The notes under the pieces: generated by a model
The model's input: only the letters and a program-made list of their open reading frames with translations
Database searches by the model: none
Told to the model about the DNA's origin: nothing
Assembly (NCBI GenBank): GCA_030390025.1
Contig: CM059438.1
Span: forward strand, 54,314,001-54,378,000
Length of the DNA stretch: 64,000 nt
Reading direction: 5' to 3'
Origin: Squalus acanthias
Taxonomy: Eukaryota
Position numbers and translations under genes: made by a program
In this document: in pieces, positions 1 to 15,000 of the stretch
Position numbering within the stretch: the first letter of the stretch is position 1
Layout of the letters: each line of letters starts with the position of its first letter

Positions 1-3000
1 TACTGGGAGTGCGATTAAACACAATTACTGGGAGTGGGATTAAACACAATTACTGGGAGTGCGATTAAACACAATTACTGGGAGTGCGATTAAACACAAT
101 CACTGGGAGTGGGATTAAACACAATTACTGGGAGTGCGATTAAACACAATTACTGGGAGTGCGATTAAACACAATTACTGGGAGTGCGATTAAACACAAT
201 CACTGGGAGTGGGATTAAACACAATCACTGGGTGTGGGATTAAACACAATTACTGGGAGTGCGATTAAACACAATCACTGGGAGTGGGATTAAACACAAT
301 TACTGGGAGTGCAATTAAACACAATCACTTTGAGTGGGATTAAACACAATCACTGGGAGTGGGATTAAACACAATTACTGGGAGTGCGATTAAACACAAT
401 TACTGGGTGTGGGATTAAACACAATCACTGGGAGTGCGATTAAACACTATCACTGGGAGTGGGATTAAACAGAATCACTGGGAGTGGGATTAAACACAAT
501 CACTGGGAGTGCGATTAAACACAATTACTGGGAGTGCGATTAAACACATTTACTGGGAGTGCGATTAAACACAATCACTGGGAGTGCGATTAAACACATT
601 TACTGGGAGTGCGATTAAACACAATCACTGGGAGTGCGATTAAACACAATTACTGGGAGTGGGATTAAACACAATTACTGGGAGTGCGATTAAACACAAT
701 CACAGAGTGGGATTAAACACAATCACTGGGAGTGCGATTAAACACAATCACTGGGAGTGGGATTAAACACAATCACTGAGAGTGGGATTAAACACAATCA
801 CTGGGAGTGGGATTAAACACAATTACTGGGAGTGCGATTAAACACAATTACTGGGAGTGCGATTAAACACAATCACTGAGAGTGGGATTAAACACAATCA
901 CTGGGAGTGGGATTAAACACAATCACTGGGAGTGGGATTAAACACAATTACTGGGTGTGGGATTAAACACAATCACTGGGAGTGGGATTAAACACTATCA
1001 CTGGGAGTGCGATTAAACACTATCACTGGGAGTGGGATTAAACAGAATCACTGGGAGTGGGATTAAACAATCACTGGGAGTGGGATTAAACACAATCACT
1101 GGGAGTGGGATTAAACAATCACTGGGAGCGGGATTAAACAATCACTGGGAGTGGGATTAAACACAATCACTGGGAGCGGGATTAAACAGTCACTGGGAGT
1201 GGGATTAAACACAATCACTGGGAGTGGGATTAAACACAGTTACTGGGAGTGGGATTAAACACAATTACTGGGAGTGGGATTAAACACTAACACTGGGAGT
1301 GGGATTAAACACAATCACTGGGAATGGGATTAAACACAATTACTGGGAGTGGGATTAAACACTATCACTGGGAGTGGGATTAAACACAATCACTGGGAAT
1401 GGGATTAAACACAATTACTGGGAGTGGGATTAAACACTATCACTGGGAGTGCGATTAAACACAATCACTGGGAGTGGGATTAAACAATCACTGGGAGCAG
1501 GATTAAACAATCACTGGGAGTGGGATTAAACACAATCTCTGGGAGCGGGATTAAACAGTCACTGGGAGTGGGATTAAACACAATCACTGGGAGCGGGATT
1601 AAACAATCACTGGGAGTGGGATTAAACACAATTACTGTGAGTGGGATTAAACACAATTACTGGGAGTGGGATTAAACACAATCACAGGGAGTGGGATTAA
1701 ACACAATTACTGGGAGTGGGATTAAACACAATTACTGGGAGTGGGATTAAACACAATTACTGGGAGTGGGATTAAACAATTACTGGGAGTGGGATTAAAC
1801 ACAATCACTGGGAGTGGGATTAAACATAATTACTGGGAGTGGGATTAAACACAATTACTGGGAGTGGGATTAAACACAATCACTGGGAGTGGGATTAAAC
1901 ACAATTACTGGGAGTGGGATTAAACACAATTACTGGGAGTGGGATTAAACACAATTACTGGGAGTGCGATTAAACACAATTACTGGGAGTGGGATTAAAC
2001 ACAATTACTGGGAGTGGGATTAAACACAATTACTGGGAGTGGGATTAAACACAATTACTGGGAGTGCGATTACGCACAATTACTGGGAGTGCGATTAAGC
2101 ACAATCACTGGGAGTGGGATTAAACACAATTACTGGGAGTGGGATTAAACACAATCACTGGGAGTGCGATTAAACACAATTACTGGGAGTGGGATTAAAC
2201 ACAATCACTGGGAGTGGGAATAAACACAATTACTGGGAGTGGGATTAAACACAATCATTGGGAGTGCGATTAAACAGAATTACTGGGAGTGGGATTAAAC
2301 ACAATTACTGGGAGTGGGATTAAACACAATTACTGGGAGTGGGATTAAACACAATCACTGGGAGTGCGATTAAACACAATTACTGGGAGTGCGATTAAAC
2401 ACAATCACTGGGAGTGCGATTAAACACAATTACTGGGAGTGGGATTAAACACAATCACTGGGAGTGGGATTAAACACAATCACTGGGAGTGGGATTAAAC
2501 ACAATCACTGGGAGTGCGATTAAACACAATTACTGGGAGTGCGATTAAACACAATCACTGGGAGTGCGATTAAACACAATTACTGGGAGTGGGATTAAAC
2601 AATCACTGGGAGTGCGATTAAACACAATTACTGGGAGTGCGATTAAACACAATTACTGGGAGTGGGATTAAACACAATTACTTTGAGTGCGATTAAACAC
2701 AATTACTGGGAGTGCGATTAAACACAATTACTGGGAGTGGGATTAAACACAATTACTGGGAGTGCGATTAAACACAATTACTGGGAGTGGGATTAAACAC
2801 AATTACTGGGAGTGCGATTAAACACAATTACTGGGAGTGCGATTAAACACAATCACTGGGAGTGGGATTAAACACAATTACTGGGAGTGCGATTAAACAC
2901 AATTACTGGGAGTGGGATTAAACACAATTACTGGGAGTGCGATTAAACACAATTACTGGGAGTGCGATTAAACACAATCACTGGGAGTGGGATTAAACAC

Positions 3001-6000
3001 AATTACTGGGAGTGCGATTAAACACAATTACTGGGAGTGCGATTAAACACAATTACTGGGAGTGCGATTAAACACAATCACTGGGAGTGGGATTAAACAC
3101 AATCACTGGGTGTGGGATTAAACACAATTACTGGGAGTGCGATTAAACACAATCACTGGGAGTGGGATTAAACACAATTACTGGGAGTGCAATTAAACAC
3201 AATCACTTTGAGTGGGATTAAACACAATCACTGGGAGTGGGATTAAACACAATTACTGGGAGTGCGATTAAACACAATTACTGGGTGTGGGATTAAACAC
3301 AATCACTGGGAGTGCGATTAAACACTATCACTGGGAGTGGGATTAAACAGAATCACTGGGAGTGGGATTAAACACAATCACTGGGAGTGGGATTAAACAC
3401 AATCACTGGGAGTGGGATTAAACACAATCACTGGGAGTGGGATTAAACACAATTACTGGGAGTGGGATTAAACACAATTACTGGGAGTGGGATTAAACAC
3501 AATCACTGGGAGTGGGATTAAACACAATCACTGGGAGTGGGATTAAACACAATTACTGGGAGTGGGATTAAACACAATTACTCGGAGTGGGATTAAACAC
3601 AATTACTGGGAGTGGGATTAAACACAATTACTGGGAGTGGGATTAAACACAATTACTGGGAATGGGATTAAACACAATTACTGGGAGTGGGATTAAACAC
3701 AATTACTGGGAGTGGGATTAAACACAATCACTGGGAATGGGATTAAACACAATTACTGGGAGTGGGATTAAACACAATTACTGGGAATGGGATTAAACAC
3801 AATTACTGGGAGTGGGATTAAACACAATTACTGGGAGTGGGATTAAACACAATCACTGGGAATGGGATTAAACACAATCACTGGGAATGGGATTAAACAC
3901 AATTACTGGGAATGGGATTAAACACAATTACTGGGAGTGGGATTAAACACAATCACTGGGAATGGGATTAAACACAATTACTGGGAGTGGGATTAAACAC
4001 AATCACTGGGAGTGGGATTAAACACAATCACTGGGAGTGGGATTAAACACAATCACTGGGAGTGGGATTAAACACAATCACTGGGAGTGCGATTTGACAC
4101 AATTACTGGGAGTGGGATTAAACAATCACTGGGAGTGCGGATTAAACACAATCACTGGGAGTGGGATTAAACACAATCACTGGGAGTGCGATTAAACACA
4201 ATCACTGGGAATGGGATTAAACACAATTACTGGGAATGGGATTAAACACAATCACTGGGAGTGCGATTAAACACAATTACTTGGAATGGGATTAAACACA
4301 ATCACTGGGAATGGGATTAAACACAATTACTGGGAATGGGATTAAACACAATTACTGGGAGTGGGATTAAACACAATCACTGGGAATGGGATTAAACACA
4401 ATTACTGGGAGTGGGATTAAACACAATCACTGGGAGTGGGATTAAACACAATCACTGGGAGTGCGATTAAACACAATTACTGGGAATGGGATTAAACACA
4501 ATTACTGGGAGTGGGATTAAACACAATCACTGGGAATGGGATTAAACACAATTACTGGGAGTGGGATTAAACACAATCACTGGGAGTGGGATTAAACACA
4601 ATCACTGGGAGTGGGATTAAACACAATTACTGGGAGTGGGATTAAACACAATCACTGGGAGTGGGATTAAACACAATTACTGGGAGTGGGATTAAACACA
4701 ATTACTGGGAGTGGGATTAAACACAATCACTGGGAGTGGGATTAAACACAATCACTGGGAGTGGGATTAAACACAATTACTTGGAGTGGGATTAAACACA
4801 ATTACTGGGAGTGGGATTAAACACAATTACTGGGAGTGCGATTAAACACAATTACTGGGAGTGGGGTTAAACACAATTACTGGGAGTGGGATTAAACACA
4901 ATCACTGGGAGTGGGATTAAACACAATTACTGGGAGTGGGATTAAACACAATTACTGGGAGTGGGATTAAACACAATCACTGGGAATGGGATTAAACACA
5001 ATTACTGGGAGTGGGATTAAACACAATCACTGGGAGTGCGGTTAAACACAATCACTGGGAGTGCGATTAAACACAATCACTGGGAGTGGGATTAAACACA
5101 ATCACTGGGAGTGGGATTAAACACAATTACTGGGAGTGGGATTAAACACAATTACTGGGAGTGGGATTAAACACAATCACTGGGAGTGCGATTAAACACA
5201 ATTACTGGGAGTGGGATTAAACACAATCACTGGGAGTGGGATTAAACACAATCACTGGGAGTGGGATTAAACACAATCACTGGGAGTGGGATTAAACACA
5301 ATTACTGGGAGTGGGATTAAACACAATCACTGGGAGTGGGATTAAACACAATCACTGGGAGTGGGATTAAACACAATTACTGGGAGTGGGATTAAACACA
5401 ATCACTGGGAGTGGGATTAAACACAATCACTGGGAGTGGGATTAAACACAATTACTGGGAGTGCGATTAAACACAATTACTGGGAGTGGGATTAAACACA
5501 ATTACTGGGAGTGGGATTAAACACAATCACTGGGAGTGGGATTAAACACAATTACTGGGAGTGGGATTAAACACAATTACTGGGAGTGGGATTAAACACA
5601 ATCACTGGGAGTGGGATTAAACACAATCACTGGGAGTGGGATTAAACACAATTACTGGAATGGGATTAAACACAATTACTTGGAATGGGATTAAACACAA
5701 TTACTGGGAGTGCGATTAAACACAATTACTGGGAGTGGGGTTAAACACAATTACTTGGAATGGGATTAAACACAATCACTGGGAATGGGATTAAACACAA
5801 TTACTGGGAATGGGATTAAACACAATTACTGGGAGTGGGATTAAACACAATCACTGGGAATGGGATTAAACACAATTACTGGGAGTGGGATTAAACACAA
5901 TCACTGGGAGTGGGATTAAACACAATCACTGGGAGTGCGATTTGACACAATTACTGGGAGTGGGATTAAACAATCACTGGGAGCGGGATTAAACAATCAC

Positions 6001-9000
6001 TGGGAGTGGGATTAAACACTATCACTGGGAGTGCGGTTAAACACAATCATTGGGAGTGCGATTAAACACAATCACTGGGAGTGGGATTAAACACAATCAC
6101 TGGGAGTGGGATTAAACACAATTACTGTGAGTGGGATTAAACACAATTACTGGGAGTGGGATTAAACACAATCACTGGGAGTGCGATTAAACACAATTAC
6201 TGGGAGTGGGATTAAACACAATCACTGGGAGTGGGATTAAACACAATCACTGGGAGTGGGATTAAACACAATCACTGGGAGTGGGATTAAACACAATCAC
6301 TGGGAGTGGGATTAAACACAATCACTGGGTGTGGGATTAAACACAATCACTGGGTGTGGGATTAAACACAATCACTGGGAGTGGGATTAAACAATCACTC
6401 GGAGTGGAATTAAACACAATCCTTGGAGTGGGATTAAACACAATCACTGGGAGAGGGATTAAACACAATTATTGGGAGTGGGATTAAACACAATCACTGG
6501 GAGCGGGATTAAACACAATTACTGGGAGTGCGATTAAACACATTTACAGGGAGTGGGATTAAACACAATTACTGGGAGTGGGATTAAACACAATTACTGG
6601 GAGTGGGATTAAACACAATTACTGGGAGTGCGATTAAACACATTACTGGGAGTGGGATTAAACACATTTACTGGGAGTGCGATTAAACACATTTACTGGG
6701 AGTGGGATTAAACACATTTACTGGGAGTGGGATTAAACACATTTACTGGGAGTGGGATTAAACACATTTACTGGGAGTGCGATTAAACACAATTACTGGG
6801 TGTGGGATTAAACACATTTACTGGGAGTGGGATTAAACACAATTACTGGGAGTTCGATTAAACACAATTACTGGGAGTGCGATTAAACACATTTACTGGG
6901 AGTGGGATTAAACACATTTACTGGGAGTGGGATTAAACACAATTACTGGGAGTTCGATTAAACACAATTACTGGGAGTGCGATTAAACACAATCACTGGG
7001 AGTGGGATTAAACACATTTACTGGGAGTGGGATTAAACACATTTACTGGGAGTGCGATTAAACACAATTACTGGGTGTGGGATTAAACACATTTACTGGG
7101 AGTGGGATTAAACACAATTACTGGGAGTTCGATTAAACACAATTACTGGGTGTGGGATTAAACACATTTACTGGGAGTGGGATTAAACACATTTACTGGG
7201 AGTGCGATTAAACACAATTACTGGGTGTGGGATTAAACACATTTACTGGGAGTGGGATTAAACACAATTACTGGGAGTTCGATTAAACACAATTACTGGG
7301 AGTGCGATTAAACACAATCACTGGGAATGGGATTAAACACAATCACTGGGAGTGGGATTAAACACAATTACTGGGAGTGGGGTTAAACACATTTACTGGG
7401 AGTGGGATTAAACACAATCACTGGGAATGGGATTAAACACAATCACTGGGAGTGGGATTAAACACAATTACTGGGAGTGGGATTAAACACAATCACTTTG
7501 AGTGGGATTAAACACAATCACTGGGAGTGGGATTAAACACAATCACTGGGAATGGGATTAAACACAATCACTGGGAATGGGATTAAACACAATTACTGGG
7601 AGTGGGATTAAACACAATTACTGGGAGTGGGATTAAACACAATCACTGAGTGGGATTAAACACAATCACTGGGAGTGGGATTAAACACAATTACTGGGAG
7701 TTCGATTAAACACATTTACTGGGAGTGCGATTAAACACAATTACTGGGTGTGGGATTAAACACATTTCCTGGGAGTGCGATTAAACACAATTACTGGGTG
7801 TGGGATTAAACACATTTACTGGGAGTGGGATTAAACACATTTACTGGGTGTGGGATTAAACACATTTACTGGGAGTGCGATTAAACACAATTACTGGGAG
7901 TGGGATTAAACACAATCACTGGGAGTGCGATTAAACACATTTACTGGGAGTGCGATTAAACACATTTACTGGGAGTGCGATTAAACACAATCACTGGGAG
8001 TGCGATTAAACACATTTACTGGGAGTGGGATTAAACACAATCACTGGGAGTGCGATTAAACACAATTACTGGGAGTGGGATTAAACACAATTACTGGGAG
8101 TGCGATTAAACACAATCACTGGGAGTGCGATTAAACACATTACTGGGAGTGCGATTAAACACAATCACTGGGAGTGCGATTAAACACATTTACTGGGAGT
8201 GGGATTAAACACAATCACTGGGAGTGCGATTAAACACAATTACTGGGAGTGCGATTAAACACATTTACTGGGAGTGCGATTAAACACAATCACTGGGAGT
8301 GCGATTAAACACATTTACTGGGAGTGCGATTAAACACAATCACTGGGAGTGCGATTAAACACAATTACTGGGAGTGGGATTAAACACAATTACTGGGAGT
8401 GCGATTAAACACAATCACTGAGAGTGGGATTAAACACAATCACTGGGAGTGCGATTAAACACAATCACTGGGAGTGGGATTAAACACAATCACTGAGAGT
8501 GGGATTAAACACAATCACTGGGAGTGGGATTAAACACAATTACTGGGAGTGCGATTAAACACAATTACTGGGAGTGCGATTAAACACAATCACTGAGAGT
8601 GGGATTAAACACAATCACTGGGAGTGGGATTAAACACAATCACTGGGAGTGGGATTAAACACAATTACTGGGTGTGGGATTAAACACAATCACTGGGAGT
8701 GGGATTAAACACTATCACTGGGAGTGCGATTAAACACTATCACTGGGAGTGGGATTAAACAGAATCACTGGGAGTGGGATTAAACAATCACTGGGAGTGG
8801 GATTAAACACAATCACTGGGAGTGGGATTAAACAATCACTGGGAGCGGGATTAAACAATCACTGGGAGTGGGATTAAACACAATCACTGGGAGCGGGATT
8901 AAACAGTCACTGGGAGTGGGATTAAACACAATCACTGGGAGTGGGATTAAACACAGTTACTGGGAGTGGGATTAAACACAATTACTGGGAGTGGGATTAA

Positions 9001-12000
9001 ACACTAACACTGGGAGTGGGATTAAACACAATCACTGGGAATGGGATTAAACACAATTACTGGGAGTGGGATTAAACACTATCACTGGGAGTGGGATTAA
9101 ACACAATCACTGGGAATGGGATTAAACACAATTACTGGGAGTGGGATTAAACACTATCACTGGGAGTGCGATTAAACACAATCACTGGGAGTGGGATTAA
9201 ACAATCACTGGGAGCAGGATTAAACAATCACTGGGAGTGGGATTAAACACAATCTCTGGGAGCGGGATTAAACAGTCACTGGGAGTGGGATTAAACACAA
9301 TCACTGGGAGCGGGATTAAACAATCACTGGGAGTGGGATTAAACACAATTACTGTGAGTGGGATTAAACACAATTACTGGGAGTGGGATTAAACACAATC
9401 ACAGGGAGTGGGATTAAACACAATTACTGGGAGTGGGATTAAACACAATTACTGGGAGTGGGATTAAACACAATTACTGGGAGTGGGATTAAACAATTAC
9501 TGGGAGTGGGATTAAACACAATCACTGGGAGTGGGATTAAACATAATTACTGGGAGTGGGATTAAACACAATTACTGGGAGTGGGATTAAACACAATCAC
9601 TGGGAGTGGGATTAAACACAATTACTGGGAGTGGGATTAAACACAATTACTGGGAGTGGGATTAAACACAATTACTGGGAGTGCGATTAAACACAATTAC
9701 TGGGAGTGGGATTAAACACAATTACTGGGAGTGGGATTAAACACAATTACTGGGAGTGGGATTAAACACAATTACTGGGAGTGCGATTACGCACAATTAC
9801 TGGGAGTGCGATTAAGCACAATCACTGGGAGTGGGATTAAACACAATTACTGGGAGTGGGATTAAACACAATCACTGGGAGTGCGATTAAACACAATTAC
9901 TGGGAGTGGGATTAAACACAATCACTGGGAGTGGGAATAAACACAATTACTGGGAGTGGGATTAAACACAATCATTGGGAGTGCGATTAAACAGAATTAC
10001 TGGGAGTGGGATTAAACACAATTACTGGGAGTGGGATTAAACACAATTACTGGGAGTGGGATTAAACACAATCACTGGGAGTGCGATTAAACACAATTAC
10101 TGGGAGTGCGATTAAACACAATCACTGGGAGTGCGATTAAACACAATTACTGGGAGTGGGATTAAACACAATCACTGGGAGTGGGATTAAACACAATCAC
10201 TGGGAGTGGGATTAAACACAATCACTGGGAGTGCGATTAAACACAATTACTGGGAGTGCGATTAAACACAATCACTGGGAGTGCGATTAAACACAATTAC
10301 TGGGAGTGGGATTAAACAATCACTGGGAGTGCGATTAAACACAATTACTGGGAGTGCGATTAAACACAATTACTGGGAGTGGGATTAAACACAATTACTT
10401 TGAGTGCGATTAAACACAATTACTGGGAGTGCGATTAAACACAATTACTGGGAGTGGGATTAAACACAATTACTGGGAGTGCGATTAAACACAATTACTG
10501 GGAGTGGGATTAAACACAATTACTGGGAGTGCGATTAAACACAATTACTGGGAGTGCGATTAAACACAATCACTGGGAGTGGGATTAAACACAATTACTG
10601 GGAGTGCGATTAAACACAATTACTGGGAGTGGGATTAAACACAATTACTGGGAGTGCGATTAAACACAATTACTGGGAGTGCGATTAAACACAATCACTG
10701 GGAGTGGGATTAAACACAATTACTGGGAGTGCGATTAAACACAATTACTGGGAGTGCGATTAAACACAATTACTGGGAGTGCGATTAAACACAATCACTG
10801 GGAGTGGGATTAAACACAATCACTGGGTGTGGGATTAAACACAATTACTGGGAGTGCGATTAAACACAATCACTGGGAGTGGGATTAAACACAATTACTG
10901 GGAGTGCAATTAAACACAATCACTTTGAGTGGGATTAAACACAATCACTGGGAGTGGGATTAAACACAATTACTGGGAGTGCGATTAAACACAATTACTG
11001 GGTGTGGGATTAAACACAATCACTGGGAGTGCGATTAAACACTATCACTGGGAGTGGGATTAAACAGAATCACTGGGAGTGGGATTAAACACAATCACTG
11101 GGAGTGGGATTAAACACAATCACTGGGAGTGGGATTAAACACAATCACTGGGAGTGGGATTAAACACAATTACTGGGAGTGGGATTAAACACAATTACTG
11201 GGAGTGGGATTAAACACAATCACTGGGAGTGGGATTAAACACAATCACTGGGAGTGGGATTAAACACAATTACTGGGAGTGGGATTAAACACAATTACTC
11301 GGAGTGGGATTAAACACAATTACTGGGAGTGGGATTAAACACAATTACTGGGAGTGGGATTAAACACAATTACTGGGAATGGGATTAAACACAATTACTG
11401 GGAGTGGGATTAAACACAATTACTGGGAGTGGGATTAAACACAATCACTGGGAATGGGATTAAACACAATTACTGGGAGTGGGATTAAACACAATTACTG
11501 GGAATGGGATTAAACACAATTACTGGGAGTGGGATTAAACACAATTACTGGGAGTGGGATTAAACACAATCACTGGGAATGGGATTAAACACAATCACTG
11601 GGAATGGGATTAAACACAATTACTGGGAATGGGATTAAACACAATTACTGGGAGTGGGATTAAACACAATCACTGGGAATGGGATTAAACACAATTACTG
11701 GGAGTGGGATTAAACACAATCACTGGGAGTGGGATTAAACACAATCACTGGGAGTGGGATTAAACACAATCACTGGGAGTGGGATTAAACACAATCACTG
11801 GGAGTGCGATTTGACACAATTACTGGGAGTGGGATTAAACAATCACTGGGAGTGCGGTTAAACACAATCACTGGGAGTGGGATTAAACACAATCACTGGG
11901 AGTGCGATTAAACACAATCACTGGGAATGGGATTAAACACAATTACTGGGAATGGGATTAAACACAATCACTGGGAGTGCGATTAAACACAATTACTTGG

Positions 12001-15000
12001 AATGGGATTAAACACAATCACTGGGAATGGGATTAAACACAATTACTGGGAATGGGATTAAACACAATTACTGGGAGTGGGATTAAACACAATCACTGGG
12101 AATGGGATTAAACACAATTACTGGGAGTGGGATTAAACACAATCACTGGGAGTGGGATTAAACACAATCACTGGGAGTGCGATTAAACACAATTACTGGG
12201 AATGGGATTAAACACAATTACTGGGAGTGGGATTAAACACAATCACTGGGAATGGGATTAAACACAATTACTGGGAGTGGGATTAAACACAATCACTGGG
12301 AGTGGGATTAAACACAATCACTGGGAGTGGGATTAAACACAATTACTGGGAGTGGGATTAAACACAATCACTGGGAATGGGATTAAACACAATTACTGGG
12401 AATGGGATTAAACACAATTACTGGGAGTGGGGTTAAACACAATCACTGGGAGTGGGATTAAACACAATCACTGGGAGTGGGATTAAACACAATTACTTGG
12501 AATGGGATTAAACACAATTACTTGGAATGGGATTAAACACAATTACTGGGAGTGCGATTAAACACAATTACTGGGAGTGGGGTTAAACACAATTACTTGG
12601 AATGGGATTAAACACAATCACTGGGAATGGGATTAAACACAATTACTGGGAATGGGATTAAACACAATTACTGGGAGTGGGATTAAACACAATCACTGGG
12701 AATGGGATTAAACACAATTACTGGGAGTGGGATTAAACACAATCACTGGGAGTGCGGTTAAACACAATCACTGGGAGTGCGATTAAACACAATCACTGGG
12801 AGTGGGATTAAACACAATCACTGGGAGTGGGATTAAACACAATTACTGTGAGTGGGATTAAACACAATTACTGGGAGTGGGATTAAACACAATCACTGGG
12901 AGTGCGATGAAACACAATTACTGGGAGTGGGATTAAACACAATCACTGGGAGTGGGATTAAACACAATCACTGGGAGTGGGATTAAACACAATCACTGGG
13001 AATGGGATTAAACACAATTACTGGGAGTGGGATTAAACACAATCACTGGGAGTGGGATTAAACACAATCACTGGGAGTGGGATTAAACACAATTACTGGG
13101 AGTGGGATTAAACACAATCACTGGGAGTGGGATTAAACACAATCACTGGGAGTGGGATTAAACACAATTACTGGTAGTGCGATTAAACACAATTACTGGG
13201 AATGGGATTAAACACAATTACTGGGAGTGGGATTAAACACAATCACTGGGAATGGGATTAAACACAATTACTGGGAATGGGATTAAACACAATTACTGGG
13301 AGTGGGGTTAAACACAATCACTGGGAGTGGGATTAAACACAATCACTGGGAGTGGGATTAAACACAATTACTTGGAATGGGATTAAACACAATTACTTGG
13401 AATGGGATTAAACACAATTACTGGGAGTGCGATTAAACACAATTACTGGGAGTGGGGTTAAACACAATTACTTGGAATGGGATTAAACACAATCACTGGG
13501 AATGGGATTAAACACAATTACTGGGAATGGGATTAAACACAATTACTGGGAGTGGGATTAAACACAATCACTGGGAATGGGATTAAACACAATTACTGGG
13601 AGTGGGATTAAACACAATCACTGGGAGTGGGATTAAACACAATCACTGGGAGTGCGATTTGACACAATTACTGGGAGTGGGATTAAACAATCACTGGGAG
13701 CGGGATTAAACAATCACTGGGAGTGGGATTAAACACTATCACTGGGAGTGCGGTTAAACACAATCATTGGGAGTGCGATTAAACACAATCACTGGGAGTG
13801 GGATTAAACACAATCACTGGGAGTGGGATTAAACACAATTACTGTGAGTGGGATTAAACACAATTACTGGGAGTGGGATTAAACACAATCACTGGGAGTG
13901 CGATGAAACACAATTACTGGGAGTGGGATTAAACACAATCACTGGGAGTGGGATTAAACACAATCACTGGGAGTGGGATTAAACACAATCACTGGGAGTG
14001 GGATTAAACACAATCACTGGGAGTGGGATTAAACACAATCACTGGGTGTGGGATTAAACACAATCACTGGGTGTGGGATTAAACACAATCACTGGGAGTG
14101 GGATTAAACAATCACTCGGAGTGGAATTAAACACAATTCCTTGGAATGGGATTAAACACAATCACTGGGAGAGGGATTAAACACAATTATTGGGAGTGGG
14201 ATTAAACACAATCACTGGGAGCGAGATTAAACACAATTACTGGGAGTGCGATTAAACTCATTTACAGGGAGTGGGATTAAACACAATTACTGGGAGTGGG
14301 ATTAAACACAATTACTGGGAGTGGGATTAAACACAATTACTGGGAGTGCGATTAAACACATTTACTGGGAGTGGGATTAAACACATTTACTGGGAGTGCG
14401 ATTAAACACATTTACTGGGAGTGGGATTAAACACATTTACTGGGAGTGGGATTAAACACATTTACTGGGAGTGGGATTAAACACATTTACTGGGAGTGCG
14501 ATTAAACACAATTACTGGGTGTGGGATTAAACACATTTACTGGGAGTGGGATTAAACACAATTACTGGGAGTTCGATTAAACACAATTACTGGGAGTGCG
14601 ATTAAACACATTTACTGGGAGTGGGATTAAACACATTTACTGGGAGTGGGATTAAACACAATTACTGGGAGTTCGATTAAACACAATTACTGGGAGTGCG
14701 ATTAAACACAATCACTGGGAGTGGGATTAAACACATTTACTGGGAGTGGGATTAAACACATTTACTGGGAGTGCGATTAAACACAATTACTGGGTGTGGG
14801 ATTAAACACATTTACTGGGAGTGGGATTAAACACAATTACTGGGAGTTCGATTAAACACAATTACTGGGTGTGGGATTAAACACATTTACTGGGAGTGGG
14901 ATTAAACACATTTACTGGGAGTGCGATTAAACACAATTACTGGGTGTGGGATTAAACACATTTACTGGGAGTGGGATTAAACACAATTACTGGGAGTTCG

